Positions 1 to 9,215 of a stretch of 64,000 bases of DNA are shown in pieces. The DNA lies in assembly GCA_964519615.1 (NCBI GenBank), contig CAZFIM010000004.1, positions 10,086-74,085 on the forward strand, read 5' to 3'. This DNA is from an uncultured Dehalococcoidales bacterium (GTDB lineage Bacteria; Chloroflexota; Dehalococcoidia; GIF9; UBA5629). Made by a program: the position numbers and the translations under genes. The notes beneath the pieces are model-generated. The model saw nothing but the letters and a program-made list of their open reading frames with translations, was not told the DNA's origin and made no database searches. Within the stretch, counting starts at the first letter, position 1, and every line of letters starts with the position of its first letter.

Positions 1-206
1 TGCAGGAGCAAATCATAGGTGTCATTAATACTGCCGGCCTGCGAGTTCTCTACCGGCACTACACCATATTCGACATTTCCCTGAGAGACTGCCTCGAATA
101 CCTCTGCCCAGCTGGGATAGGGGCGTGTTTCAGGACTGCCGAAAAACGTAATGACAGCATCTTCACTGAAAGCGCCATGTTCACCTTGAAATGCAACCCT
201 GATCAT
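1..206 (-). CDS. pheA: prephenate dehydratase, N-terminal part (runs off the window)
   Basis: Manual translation from ATG at 206: MIRVAFQGEHGAFSEDA...GVVPVENSQAGSINDTYDLLL, matching the PDT motifs FQGxxGAxS and PxENS. AGGAG SD upstream. Confidence 0.9.
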   Translation of the reverse strand, partial: MIRVAFQGEHGAFSEDAVITFFGSPETRPYPSWAEVFEAVSQGNVEYGVVPVENSQAGSINDTYDLLL

Positions 207-222
207 AAAGGGCTCCTGTACC

Positions 223-885
223 TCATCCACCCAGCAGTTCATTACGAAGCGCTTCTTCGCTTTCCACAGTCGTCAGAGCGATAAGACGGTCATTGGCTTT
301 TAAAACCGTGTCCACTGTCGGTACACGCGGCTGCTGGCCGTTACGCATGAGCAGAGTCAGAACTGAATCCCACGGTATATTTAAATCCTTAATAGCTTTC
401 CCGATAGCTTTCGATTTTTCATCCACCTTTATCTCCAGAATTTCAGTTCCCTCCTCCCCCATCGTCAGCAAATGAACCAGAGCATGAGACGGTATCTCTT
501 CCTGAATATGCTTGAGTATTATATTGGTAACAACGATAGTACAGTCAACGCCTAATTTTTTGAATATCGCCTCATTTTTGGGATTGCTCACTCTGGCGAT
601 AGTCCGCGGTACACCAAACCTGTGTTTGGCTACCTGACAGGCTACCATATTATCTTCATCTTCATTGGTAGTAGCAATAAATACATCAGCACGGGAGACG
701 CCCACATCTGCCTGCGTCATTACCTCGCAGCCATCTCCGCGAACGCATACACTGCCGAGCTCTTCTCCAAAACGTTCGCACCTGTTTCTGTCCTTCTCCA
801 GCACGAGTACTTCGTGACCTTCATTAAGCAGTTCCCTGCAAAGATAATAACCGACACTACCGCCGCCGACAATTACAATATACAT
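223..885 (-). CDS. trkA: TrkA-family RCK protein (RCK_N + RCK_C)
   Basis: IVIVGGGSVG Rossmann motif, ADVFIATTNEDEDN, IARV, and a C-terminal RCK_C (GKAIKDL...P.....L..NDRL). Confidence 0.9.
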   Translation of the reverse strand: MYIVIVGGGSVGYYLCRELLNEGHEVLVLEKDRNRCERFGEELGSVCVRGDGCEVMTQADVGVSRADVFIATTNEDEDNMVACQVAKHRFGVPRTIARVSNPKNEAIFKKLGVDCTIVVTNIILKHIQEEIPSHALVHLLTMGEEGTEILEIKVDEKSKAIGKAIKDLNIPWDSVLTLLMRNGQQPRVPTVDTVLKANDRLIALTTVESEEALRNELLGG

Positions 886-907
886 CGTCGAACCTCTTCC
901 ATCATTC

Positions 908-1306
908 TCATGATAACAGCTTATCCTTTAAGATATGCGCAATGATCGTTGTAGGGCTTATTGCCTCCAGCCCGACAGTTTCATACACTTCTTTACGCAG
1001 CGGGTCGTATATTCTGCAAATGACCCTGGGGACATTGAAGATATGTTTGGCAATTTGAGATGCCATTGCATTACGGTTGTCACCCTCCGTCAAAGCCAGA
1101 AAAGCATCGGCTTTCTCTATACCTGCCTTGATGAGCACATCCTGTTCCGTTCCGTCACCTATCAGCGCAGTTCCTGCAAAATCCGACGGCAATCTTCTGA
1201 AACTGTATTCGTTGATATCCAGAACAGTAACATCATGACCCTCTTCGGCCATTAGCTCCGCCAGAAGCGCACCGACCCTTCCACACCCCATAACAATAAT
1301 CTTCAT
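908..1306 (-). CDS. trkA: TrkA-family protein, RCK_N domain only
   Basis: MKIIVMGCGRVG, GDGT, ADAFLALTEGDNRN; 132 aa with no RCK_C. Confidence 0.88.
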   Translation of the reverse strand: MKIIVMGCGRVGALLAELMAEEGHDVTVLDINEYSFRRLPSDFAGTALIGDGTEQDVLIKAGIEKADAFLALTEGDNRNAMASQIAKHIFNVPRVICRIYDPLRKEVYETVGLEAISPTTIIAHILKDKLLS

Positions 1307-1315
1307 AGCATATCC

Positions 1316-1741
1316 TCACTGCGTAGATTCTCTATACACCAGAACTGGACAGGGAGCCTCTTCCAGTACCCGCGGAACAGCCGAACCGAGGTCAAAAATG
1401 CCAAAGCGTATTTTATGGCTCATCCCCATAAGTATCAAATCCACGTTTCGTTCTCGCGCCTCATCGACAATAGCCGAACCAGCATCACGTGCCTGAATCA
1501 AATCTGTCTCCACTTCATAATCGTTATCAGCGGCCACATCTTCGGCACGCGTAAGTATCGCTTCAGCTTTATCCACTTCAGATTCGACAACAGCATCAAG
1601 CGGTAAACTGCGTTTCACCTCGATGATATAAACCACAAAAATTTCCGCTTTTGATTTTTTAGCGAGCGTACAGGCCAGGCTTATTACCGCCTCATCGGCC
1701 ACATTTCCGCTTATAGCAACAAGGATTCTTGCAAGTTTCAT
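1316..1741 (-). CDS. universal stress protein (USP)
   Basis: RILVAISG, DLILMG, GSAVPRVLEEAPCPVLV; 141 aa. Confidence 0.9.
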   Translation of the reverse strand: MKLARILVAISGNVADEAVISLACTLAKKSKAEIFVVYIIEVKRSLPLDAVVESEVDKAEAILTRAEDVAADNDYEVETDLIQARDAGSAIVDEARERNVDLILMGMSHKIRFGIFDLGSAVPRVLEEAPCPVLVYRESTQ

Positions 1742-1744
1742 AGA

Positions 1745-3355
1745 CTACAACCCATCATTATCATCAGAATCTTTCTTTCTGTCAACTCTGATTTTAACCT
1801 GCCCGGTCAGGAAACGGTCCCTTACCGTCACCATGCGGTCGGAGCGGGCTACCCCGAGTATCGGCAGCTTCTTCTTCCATCGGAAGATTACATAGACTAT
1901 CAGCCCAACGGCCATCCAGGCCAGCCCCACCCAACGGCTGTACGGTTGTGTGATCAGGACAATAATCCAGATAACGGCTGTACCCAGCAAGCCGAGAATA
2001 GCGGTGAGCGGCAATTCATAACCATGGAATCTGATATTCAAGCCCAGTTTAAAAGGACGCAGCCAATCCGGATTCATCATGCGCAAACGGAGAACGGAAG
2101 CGTGTGCAAAGACAAATGACAACAGTGAACCGAAAGCATAGAGCGTTCCCAGTTTTTGAAAATCATCAGGCGCAAAAAAACTGGGGATTATTATCACTAT
2201 TGCCAGAGATGCAAACAGTATAATAGATATATAAGGGGTCTTGGTTCGTTTATGCACGCGGCTGAGTGCCGGCGGTATCAACTGAAATCTGCCCAATGAA
2301 AAAGCCAGCCTTGAAATCCCCATCAACCCGGCATTGGTGGCGATAAACAATATACTGGCAGCAAGAACAGCCACCAGCACCGGAAATACCGACTGTACAC
2401 CCTTGAATAACCATGTTAATATGATGATCAATTCCTCACCCGAGGCAAGCGATTGTGCCATCTCCGCCGGTGAAGTAGCTGCAGCGATCTTGGCTGCAAT
2501 GCCTGCAATAGGGTCTGTCGCCCACTCCATGGCCAGTTCCTGAGGCGTCATCACTGAAAAACCTACAATCGATACGCCGCCGAATAATATTAATACCGTG
2601 ATTATCATAAGCGTCAATGCCTTGGGCACACGTACAGCGGGACGCTTTGTTTCCTCAGCCATCTGGGACATAGTCTCCACACCCGTATAAGCAATGGCAG
2701 CTAAAGCTATGCCGAGAAAAAGGTTTTCCCAGCTCGGCCAGAATGCCGTCACATTGAAAGCCAGATTATTAAAATTGAAAACGATAAAAAGTCCCAGTAC
2801 TATGATAAGTATCTGTACCAGCAGGTCCATAACCGCCGCCATCACATTAACAACCGTTGTCTCTTTAACTCCGATGACATTGATTACCATTAGAAAGAAG
2901 ATAATACCCATCGCAACTGCCGGACCCACAACTGCCGATTCCTTCAAAGGAGCCCAAAAATAGCCCAGATAAGGCGGAATAACAAAAGCGGAGATAGCTA
3001 TAGTAACGATATAGCTGAGCATCAGAGCCCACCCGCTCATAAAGCCTCCGATATCATTGAAGGCATGGCGCGCGAAGCTGGCGGAACCCCCGGCCTCCGG
3101 CAGCATGGCGGTGCCCTCGGCATAGGTCAGTGCTGTGAAAATGAAAAAGATTCCGGCTATGGCAAGAACTATCGGCGTTGCCCCCATCGCTACCAGTGTG
3201 ACAATGCCGAGCGCATAATAAATAGATGAGCCCACATTGCCGTATCCAACGGCATAAAGGCCGGGTATACCCAATGCTCTTTTAAGAGGATGGGCTTTAA
3301 CCCTTGGACGACGTATAAATTTATCGCCCGGTTTGGGCTGTTTGCTTGTGGTCAC
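1745..3355 (-). CDS. APC-superfamily permease
   Basis: About 12 hydrophobic segments; GNVGSSIYY (TM1), LPEAGGSASF, AYTGVETMSQMAEE (TM6). Confidence 0.88.
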   Translation of the reverse strand: MTTSKQPKPGDKFIRRPRVKAHPLKRALGIPGLYAVGYGNVGSSIYYALGIVTLVAMGATPIVLAIAGIFFIFTALTYAEGTAMLPEAGGSASFARHAFNDIGGFMSGWALMLSYIVTIAISAFVIPPYLGYFWAPLKESAVVGPAVAMGIIFFLMVINVIGVKETTVVNVMAAVMDLLVQILIIVLGLFIVFNFNNLAFNVTAFWPSWENLFLGIALAAIAYTGVETMSQMAEETKRPAVRVPKALTLMIITVLILFGGVSIVGFSVMTPQELAMEWATDPIAGIAAKIAAATSPAEMAQSLASGEELIIILTWLFKGVQSVFPVLVAVLAASILFIATNAGLMGISRLAFSLGRFQLIPPALSRVHKRTKTPYISIILFASLAIVIIIPSFFAPDDFQKLGTLYAFGSLLSFVFAHASVLRLRMMNPDWLRPFKLGLNIRFHGYELPLTAILGLLGTAVIWIIVLITQPYSRWVGLAWMAVGLIVYVIFRWKKKLPILGVARSDRMVTVRDRFLTGQVKIRVDRKKDSDDNDGL

Positions 3356-3389
3356 AATAATAATGCTTTAATGAAAATAACTGTGGCGA

Positions 3390-3418
3390 ATTTTAACCAT
3401 AGTACCCGTTCTTGTCAA
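3390..3418 (-). promoter_or_regulatory. sigma70 promoter of the APC-USP-trkA-trkA-pheA operon
   Basis: Minus strand TTGACA (3413-3418), 17 bp, TAAAAT (3390-3395). Confidence 0.75.
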
Positions 3419-3450
3419 CGTGCTGTCTACTTCATCTGTTACTATTATAA

Positions 3451-3480
3451 TTGAACTGTCAATCAGTCTTACGTTATAAT
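3451..3480 (+). promoter_or_regulatory. promoter of tRNA-His
   Basis: TTGAAC (3451-3456), 18 bp, TATAAT (3475-3480), 19 nt before the tRNA. Confidence 0.6.
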
Positions 3481-3498
3481 GTTTCTTTATGGATTTAT

Positions 3499-3575
3499 GG
3501 TGAGCGTGGCCTAGCGGTTAAGGCGCCAGGTTGTGGCCCTGGAGATCGAGGGTTCAAATCCCTCCGTTCACCCCA
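3499..3575 (+). tRNA. tRNA-His(GTG)
   Basis: Acceptor stem GTGAGCG/CGTTCAC with G-1 and C73, anticodon arm CCAGG-TTGTGGC-CCTGG, T-arm GGTTCAAATCC, encoded CCA. Confidence 0.97.
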
Positions 3576-3689
3576 CTTCCCTTAATGTCACCCTCGCTAT
3601 TACTTATTCCCATAGACGTCGAATGGAAAGCGGCTCGTCTCGCACGCCTGCCTTGCCTTCTGGTAAAATACAACTTGACTCAGGAGCAT

Positions 3690-3765
3690 GCGCCTGTAGC
3701 TCAGCGGATAGAGCACCGGTCTTCGGAACCGGGTGTCGTGGGTTCGAATCCCACCAGGCGTACCA
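3690..3765 (+). tRNA. tRNA-Arg(TCG)
   Basis: GCGCCTG/CAGGCGT acceptor stem, anticodon arm CCGGT-CTTCGGA-ACCGG, A20 in the D-loop, GGTTCGAATCC, encoded CCA. TGGTAAAAT extended -10 at 3661-3669. Confidence 0.97.
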
Positions 3766-3890
3766 GTTTATCAACTGCCAAACCTCTTGAACACCACCAC
3801 CCCATATTATATACTCACGACGCTTTGTATTGAAACTGGCAGACACAGAATACTCATCGTTGCCAACTGCAAAATGCCGGAATTCAACAA

Positions 3891-3924
3891 CAAAAACCTG
3901 ACCGCAACAGGATTACGGTCAGGT
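3891..3924 (-). terminator. intrinsic terminator of the XDH-family operon
   Basis: Stem ACCTGACCG/CGGTCAGGT (3896-3904 / 3916-3924) followed by a U-run on the minus strand. Confidence 0.7.
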
Positions 3925-3993
3925 ATAGTGAGGAAGCAGCGCTTTATTAAGCGCAAATCCCTTCATTCGCAATAAATTCTTATTCTTCGTACC

Positions 3994-6276
3994 CTATTTT
4001 TTCAATGCGGCCAGTATCCTTTCAGGCGTTATCGGCATATCCTGAATACAGATACCTGTAGCATCATAAATAGCGTTGGCTATTGCGGGAGTGACGGCAA
4101 CCATCGCCCCCTGTGAAACGCCTTTAGCGCCGTACGGTCCTGAAGGAACCGGTTTATCCTCATAGAGAACTATCTCAATCTCCGGCATATCGAGCATAGA
4201 CGGCAATTTATATGTATTGAAATTATTGCTTTCCAGAAAACCCGTTTTGTTATTGATAATATAGTCTTCGGTAAGCGCATACCCTACGCTCTGTGCTATA
4301 GCACCTTGCAATTGTCCTTCCACCGTTGCAGGATTTATGACTTTCCCTGAGTCACTGACATAGAGGATTTTCAAAAGTGACACCTGTCCCGTTTCAATGT
4401 CAACCTCTACTTCGGCAAAGACAGCCGCAATCGGCGGAGGATTCTGTACCGGTGAGAAAGAGCCTTTGCCGGAAATATTTACATGCTCTCCTTCAAAATT
4501 AAAAATTGAAGTCCGTGCAACCTCAGCAATGGACATGCTCTTTGCGGGATCTGTTTTTACACTGACCTGCCCGTTTGCGATATCCAGTTCCTCAGGCTTC
4601 ACACCCAGCTTGATTGCCGCCTGCTGCAAAAGCTGTTCTCTCGCAGCTAATGCCGCCCTCATGACAGCATTGCCTGTCTGATAACACCCGCCGCTGGCAT
4701 GCTGTCCGTGATCGAACATGGTAGTATCAGTATCTCCTGTTACCACATGGACACTTTCATACGGCACACACAGCGTCTCCGCTGCGATCTGTGCCATCGC
4801 CCCCATGAGGTTCTGGCCTATATCAGGTCCCTCTACCATCAGGTTGACGGACCCATCCTCATTGAATTTAATAAAAGCATTTTTGTTCTGAAGATTAAAG
4901 GGTTGTGCGCCGCTCACATCCATCATGATTCCCATGCCTATCCCATACCTTTTCGGTCCTTTATCCTTCTTTTGCGTTCTCTTGGCATCCCATCCAATTT
5001 TTTCTTTGCCCAGCCGGATGCATTCATCAAATGTGCATGTTTCCATGGGAAGCCCGGTTGAACTCGGATCGCCGGCATGCTTGATATTTTTCAGCCGCAA
5101 CTGCGTTGGGTCCATTCCCAGTTTCTGCGCCGCCTCATCGATAATTTGTTCCAGCACATAGGAATTCTCATGATTGCCGTAACCCCGCACACCACCCGTA
5201 GGAGGTACATTGGTATAGACAACAGTGGCTTCCGCGGCAACATTGGGGCAGCGGTAGAGACCGAGGAAGGCCCCCATGCCTACATTTGTAGTTGACGTAT
5301 TATGGGTAAAATAGGCACCACCGTCAACGACTATTTTCTCGGAGATAGCTGTTATCGTCCCATCTTTTTTAAATCCTACTTTGCCGGTGATAAAGTACCT
5401 CTGTCTGGGCTCGGTACCAAACATATCTTCTTCTCTGCTGAAGGCTATTTTGACGGGCCTGCCTGTTTTCATTGCCAGCACCACGCATACCGGCTCTATG
5501 CCGAAGCTGCCGTATTTCCCAAAAGCACCCCCTATATGAGGAGAAATCCAGCGGACCATCCCTTCCGGCATGTCATAAAGCCCGGCTATCATTTTTCTGT
5601 GCAGAAAAGGATGCTGACTGGGAGACCAGACCGTAAGCCTGCCTCCGGCATCAAACGATGCCACACAGGCGCAAGGCTCCATCTGGCAAATATGGTTACG
5701 GGCATTTTTAAACGTCTTCTCCACTATAAGGTCAGCATCCGCAAAACCCTTCTCCACATCTCCCCAGGCTACCGGAAAACCGTACTTTATGGAAATATTA
5801 TTTTCAGCATAGTCATGTATTTTCTCCGCACCCGGCTTCACAGCTTCCAGTGCATCAAAAACAGCCGGCAGCACCTTGTACTCAACTTCGATAAGCCCTA
5901 AAGCTTCTTCGGCAGTGGCAGCATCTACTGCTGCTACCGCCGCTATTTTATCTCCGATATAGCGGGCTTTCTCGCTTAATACATACATATCCTTGAATTC
6001 TATCTCAGGATGCCGCAATATTTGCCCCAGTTTATTGGGATTAAAAAGTTTATGAGGAACATCTTCCCAGGTAATAACCGCTTCTACTCCGGGCAATTTC
6101 TCTGCCTTCGATTTATCGATCTTTACAATGTTAGCGTGAGCGTGCGGACTGGTCAGGACCTTGCCTGTAAGCATCCCGGGCAATTTGATATCTGCTGTAT
6201 AGCGGGCGGCCCCCGAGACTTTGTCATATACCGCCCAGCGGGAAACTCTCTTTCCTACAACCGATAGATCTTGCAT
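3994..6276 (-). CDS. xanthine dehydrogenase-family molybdopterin-binding large subunit (CoxL/XdhB-like)
   Basis: KVSGAARYTADI, SPHAHANI, MEP, GGAFG, RGYG, GPDIGQ, DSGKVINP..VEGQLQG, GAKGVSQ, TPERIL. Confidence 0.93.
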   Translation of the reverse strand: MQDLSVVGKRVSRWAVYDKVSGAARYTADIKLPGMLTGKVLTSPHAHANIVKIDKSKAEKLPGVEAVITWEDVPHKLFNPNKLGQILRHPEIEFKDMYVLSEKARYIGDKIAAVAAVDAATAEEALGLIEVEYKVLPAVFDALEAVKPGAEKIHDYAENNISIKYGFPVAWGDVEKGFADADLIVEKTFKNARNHICQMEPCACVASFDAGGRLTVWSPSQHPFLHRKMIAGLYDMPEGMVRWISPHIGGAFGKYGSFGIEPVCVVLAMKTGRPVKIAFSREEDMFGTEPRQRYFITGKVGFKKDGTITAISEKIVVDGGAYFTHNTSTTNVGMGAFLGLYRCPNVAAEATVVYTNVPPTGGVRGYGNHENSYVLEQIIDEAAQKLGMDPTQLRLKNIKHAGDPSSTGLPMETCTFDECIRLGKEKIGWDAKRTQKKDKGPKRYGIGMGIMMDVSGAQPFNLQNKNAFIKFNEDGSVNLMVEGPDIGQNLMGAMAQIAAETLCVPYESVHVVTGDTDTTMFDHGQHASGGCYQTGNAVMRAALAAREQLLQQAAIKLGVKPEELDIANGQVSVKTDPAKSMSIAEVARTSIFNFEGEHVNISGKGSFSPVQNPPPIAAVFAEVEVDIETGQVSLLKILYVSDSGKVINPATVEGQLQGAIAQSVGYALTEDYIINNKTGFLESNNFNTYKLPSMLDMPEIEIVLYEDKPVPSGPYGAKGVSQGAMVAVTPAIANAIYDATGICIQDMPITPERILAALKK

Positions 6277-6279
6277 CGC

Positions 6280-6777
6280 TTATTTGCCTCCTTTTATCAT
6301 CATCTCAGCCGCAGACATAACCGCATCAATGATCTTCACATATCCGGTACAGCGGCACAGGTTGCCCCCGAGAGCTTCCTTTACTTCCTGTCTGCTGGGA
6401 TTTGGATTTTCATCCAGAAAAGCTTTAGTCGTCAGTATCATTCCGGGCGTACAGAATCCGCACTGTACCGCACCGTGCTCAACGAAAGCTTTCTGGATAG
6501 GATGCAGTTCAGTACCCTTTGACAAGCCTTCTATGGTGAGAATGTCTTTATCACGTACAGCCATAGCGAGGGTTGAACAGGAAAGCACAGGCTTACCACC
6601 AACTAGAACAGTACATGCACCGCATTCACCGGTACCGCAGGCCAGCTTGGTGCCGGTCAGTTCCAACTGATCCCTTAATAACTCCAGAAGGGTGATATTG
6701 GGAGATATAAGGACCTCATGTTGTCGGCCGTTTATTTTGAAATGAGCAATTTCTTTTTTCACTGCATAATCCTCCAT
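6280..6777 (-). CDS. XDH-family 2x[2Fe-2S] small subunit (CoxS-like)
   Basis: GTKLACGTGECGACTV, QCGFCTPG, GNLCRCTGY. Confidence 0.95.
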   Translation of the reverse strand: MEDYAVKKEIAHFKINGRQHEVLISPNITLLELLRDQLELTGTKLACGTGECGACTVLVGGKPVLSCSTLAMAVRDKDILTIEGLSKGTELHPIQKAFVEHGAVQCGFCTPGMILTTKAFLDENPNPSRQEVKEALGGNLCRCTGYVKIIDAVMSAAEMMIKGGK

Positions 6778-6779
6778 AA

Positions 6780-7652
6780 TTAAGCGGTCTTTATTCCCAA
6801 AGCCTGATGTAACGCCCTCATCACCAGAATACGCGTTACTTCTTTCCTGTATTCAGCAGTGGATCTCACGTCGGTGATGGCACGCGTCTGACCGGCAGCC
6901 GCTTCGGCTGCTTTCTCTATAAGCTGAGCATTTGCTTTCTGGTTATCCAGTATAGATTCTGCGCTTCTAGCGCGAAACACTGTGGGTGCCGCTGCACCGA
7001 TTGCTATCCTGGTATTGCTGCAGACACCGTCATTATTCATCACAGATACAGCTACGCTTACCTTGGCAATATCGGCATGCGTTCTAACAAGATTAAGAAA
7101 GGCGGTCCCGGTGTTGGCTTTTGCGGCAGGAAGAGAAACAGCCGTGACCATTTCACCGCGCTGAAGCGAGGTACACTGATAATCAACGAAGAATTTTTCA
7201 ATAAGTTCGTTACGCTGGCTGCCTGTGCCGGCAATAGTTAACTCTGCGTCGAGAGCCATCAGTGCGGTAGCTACATCAGAAGCAGGTGTAGCCACACAAA
7301 TGTTTCCGATAGCCGTGCCCATACACTTGGCTTGATACGAAGTAATTTGATGGATTGCTTTATAGAATGCGGGGTAGTTCTCGCGGATGTGTCCGGACAG
7401 CTCTAATGCGTGAAGTGTGGTCATAGCAGTAAATCTGACTCCGCCGGACCGCTCAACTGTAATTTCATCCAATCCGGGTATTTTCTGGATATTTACCAGA
7501 TAGTCCGCCTTTATAGCTCCCCGCCGCATCCTGGGCAGTAAGTCCACACCACCGGCCAGTATCTGCACTTTATCTCCATACTTAAACAACAATTGAGTTG
7601 CTTCCTGCAGTGTTGCAGGTTCAAAATAATCAAACGGCTTCAATACTTGCAT
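6780..7652 (-). CDS. XDH-family FAD-binding medium subunit (CoxM-like)
   Basis: FDYFEPATL, LAGGVDL, GTAIGNIC...PASD, DVRSTAEYR. No Cys-rich insert of the HcrB type. Confidence 0.93.
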   Translation of the reverse strand: MQVLKPFDYFEPATLQEATQLLFKYGDKVQILAGGVDLLPRMRRGAIKADYLVNIQKIPGLDEITVERSGGVRFTAMTTLHALELSGHIRENYPAFYKAIHQITSYQAKCMGTAIGNICVATPASDVATALMALDAELTIAGTGSQRNELIEKFFVDYQCTSLQRGEMVTAVSLPAAKANTGTAFLNLVRTHADIAKVSVAVSVMNNDGVCSNTRIAIGAAAPTVFRARSAESILDNQKANAQLIEKAAEAAAGQTRAITDVRSTAEYRKEVTRILVMRALHQALGIKTA

Positions 7653-7701
7653 CTACATGCTCTCCTTCCGATAAAATAATCTATACTATTTCAAGCGGCC
7701 T

Positions 7702-7739
7702 AAAAAAAGACTCCGAAAAATACACGATAAGAGTCTTTT
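7702..7739 (-). terminator. probable terminator after livF
   Basis: AAAAGACTC/GAGTCTTTT inverted repeat followed by a U7 run on the minus strand. Confidence 0.55.
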
Positions 7740-8473
7740 CATGATCCGGAAAGGCCGCATTTATCCGATACACCGATATAGACATCAAGTACTTCATCCT
7801 GCTTGGCCAGCTCCTCAGGAGTGGATTCATAAACAACCTTACCTTTATTCACCACATAAACATAATCGGCAACTTCCAGAGCAAGATTAATATTTTGCTC
7901 CACCAGAACTATTGACAAACCCTCCCTATTTAGCTTCTTAATAGTAGTACCAAGTTCCTGTACGATAATTGGAGCAAGACCTTCAGATGGTTCATCCATA
8001 AGAAGTATTTCAGGATTTGTCATTAACGCTCGGCTGATACAAAGCATCTGCTGCTCTCCCCCGCTTAGCAAATTACCTTTGTGTCGTTCTCTTTCTTTTA
8101 GACGCGGGTAAAGTGAATATATTCTATCCAGATTCCATGCACCCTGCTGTTTACTGCCTCGTTCAGCAATAATAATATTTTCTTTAACACTCAGTGATTG
8201 GAATATTCTGCGCCCCTGGGGAACCAACGCAACACCCATAGTGGCAATTCGATTAGGCTCAAGGCCTACCACATCTTCTCCATCTATAAGAATTTTCCCC
8301 TTAGCCGGAGGCGTAAAACCAATGATGGAGTGAATTATTGTTGTTTTGCCCATACCATTGCGGCCCAATATAGCAACTACAGAACCTCTCTTAACCTTCA
8401 GGTCTACGCCCCAGAGGATCTGGCTATCCCCGTAAAACGTCTGGACATTAATCATCTCCAAGATATCAGTCAT
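7739..8473 (-). CDS. livF: branched-chain amino acid-type ABC ATPase
   Basis: GRNGMGKT Walker A, VPQGRRIF, LSGGEQQML, LLMDEPSEGLAP. Confidence 0.92.
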   Translation of the reverse strand: MTDILEMINVQTFYGDSQILWGVDLKVKRGSVVAILGRNGMGKTTIIHSIIGFTPPAKGKILIDGEDVVGLEPNRIATMGVALVPQGRRIFQSLSVKENIIIAERGSKQQGAWNLDRIYSLYPRLKERERHKGNLLSGGEQQMLCISRALMTNPEILLMDEPSEGLAPIIVQELGTTIKKLNREGLSIVLVEQNINLALEVADYVYVVNKGKVVYESTPEELAKQDEVLDVYIGVSDKCGLSGS

Positions 8474-9215
8474 TTTTTAAAGCCCCTAAATATATCTCCC
8501 GTACCTTTTCATTACACTGTATTTGTTCAGGTTTGCCATCAGCAATAATTTGACCGAAATAGAGAACTACTACCCGTCGTGCCAGAGTAAAGACCACATC
8601 CATATCATGGGCGGAAAAAATCACTGTTGTTTCAGCTGCCAATTCCTTTACCATAGAAATGAACGTTTCAATTTCAGCGACCGATAGTCCCACAGTAGGT
8701 TCATCCATCAAAAGCAGTTTAGGCTTTGATGCAAGGGCAAGTATGATTTCTAATCTGCGCTGCTCACCGTAAGAAATGCTCGCGGCTATCTCATCTTTTT
8801 TATCCCACAGGTCAACTTGCTTAAGCAGACGTTCAGCTTCAGAGTTAATGTGATCATAACGAGTGGCACGACGAAACATCTGATATTTCGAGGGACTCAC
8901 TCCCTGCAAACCAAGGGCGATATTATCCAATACGGTGAGATTGAAAAAGAAGCGTGTTATCTGGAAAGACCTCCCCATACCGATATGTATACGCTGATGA
9001 GTTGGCATTCTGGTGATATTCTCCCCAAAAAAGTACAGATTTCCTGCCGTTAACGGAATCTCTCCGCTGATCATATTAAAAAGCGTGGTTTTACCTGCTC
9101 CGTTGGGGCCGATAATTGCCACATACTCTCTTTCTTTGACAGTCAGAGAAAGATCTTTTAGTACCTGAAGCCCGCCGAAGTTTTTATATAATCTGTCTAT
9201 CTTAAGTACGTCCAT
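8466..9215 (-). CDS. livG: branched-chain amino acid-type ABC ATPase (start reassigned to ATG 9215)
   Basis: KNFGGL, GPNGAGKTT, ISYGEQRRLEI, DEPTVG, VREIYLG. The ORF-track extension to 9305 overlaps livM and is not family-like. Confidence 0.9.
   Translation of the reverse strand: MDVLKIDRLYKNFGGLQVLKDLSLTVKEREYVAIIGPNGAGKTTLFNMISGEIPLTAGNLYFFGENITRMPTHQRIHIGMGRSFQITRFFFNLTVLDNIALGLQGVSPSKYQMFRRATRYDHINSEAERLLKQVDLWDKKDEIAASISYGEQRRLEIILALASKPKLLLMDEPTVGLSVAEIETFISMVKELAAETTVIFSAHDMDVVFTLARRVVVLYFGQIIADGKPEQIQCNEKVREIYLGALKND

Noticed and set aside
3994-7652. Aerobic CO dehydrogenase or 4-hydroxybenzoyl-CoA reductase
   Set aside because: The large subunit lacks the VAYxCSFR loop of Cu-Mo CODH, and the FAD subunit lacks the HcrB [4Fe-4S] insert.
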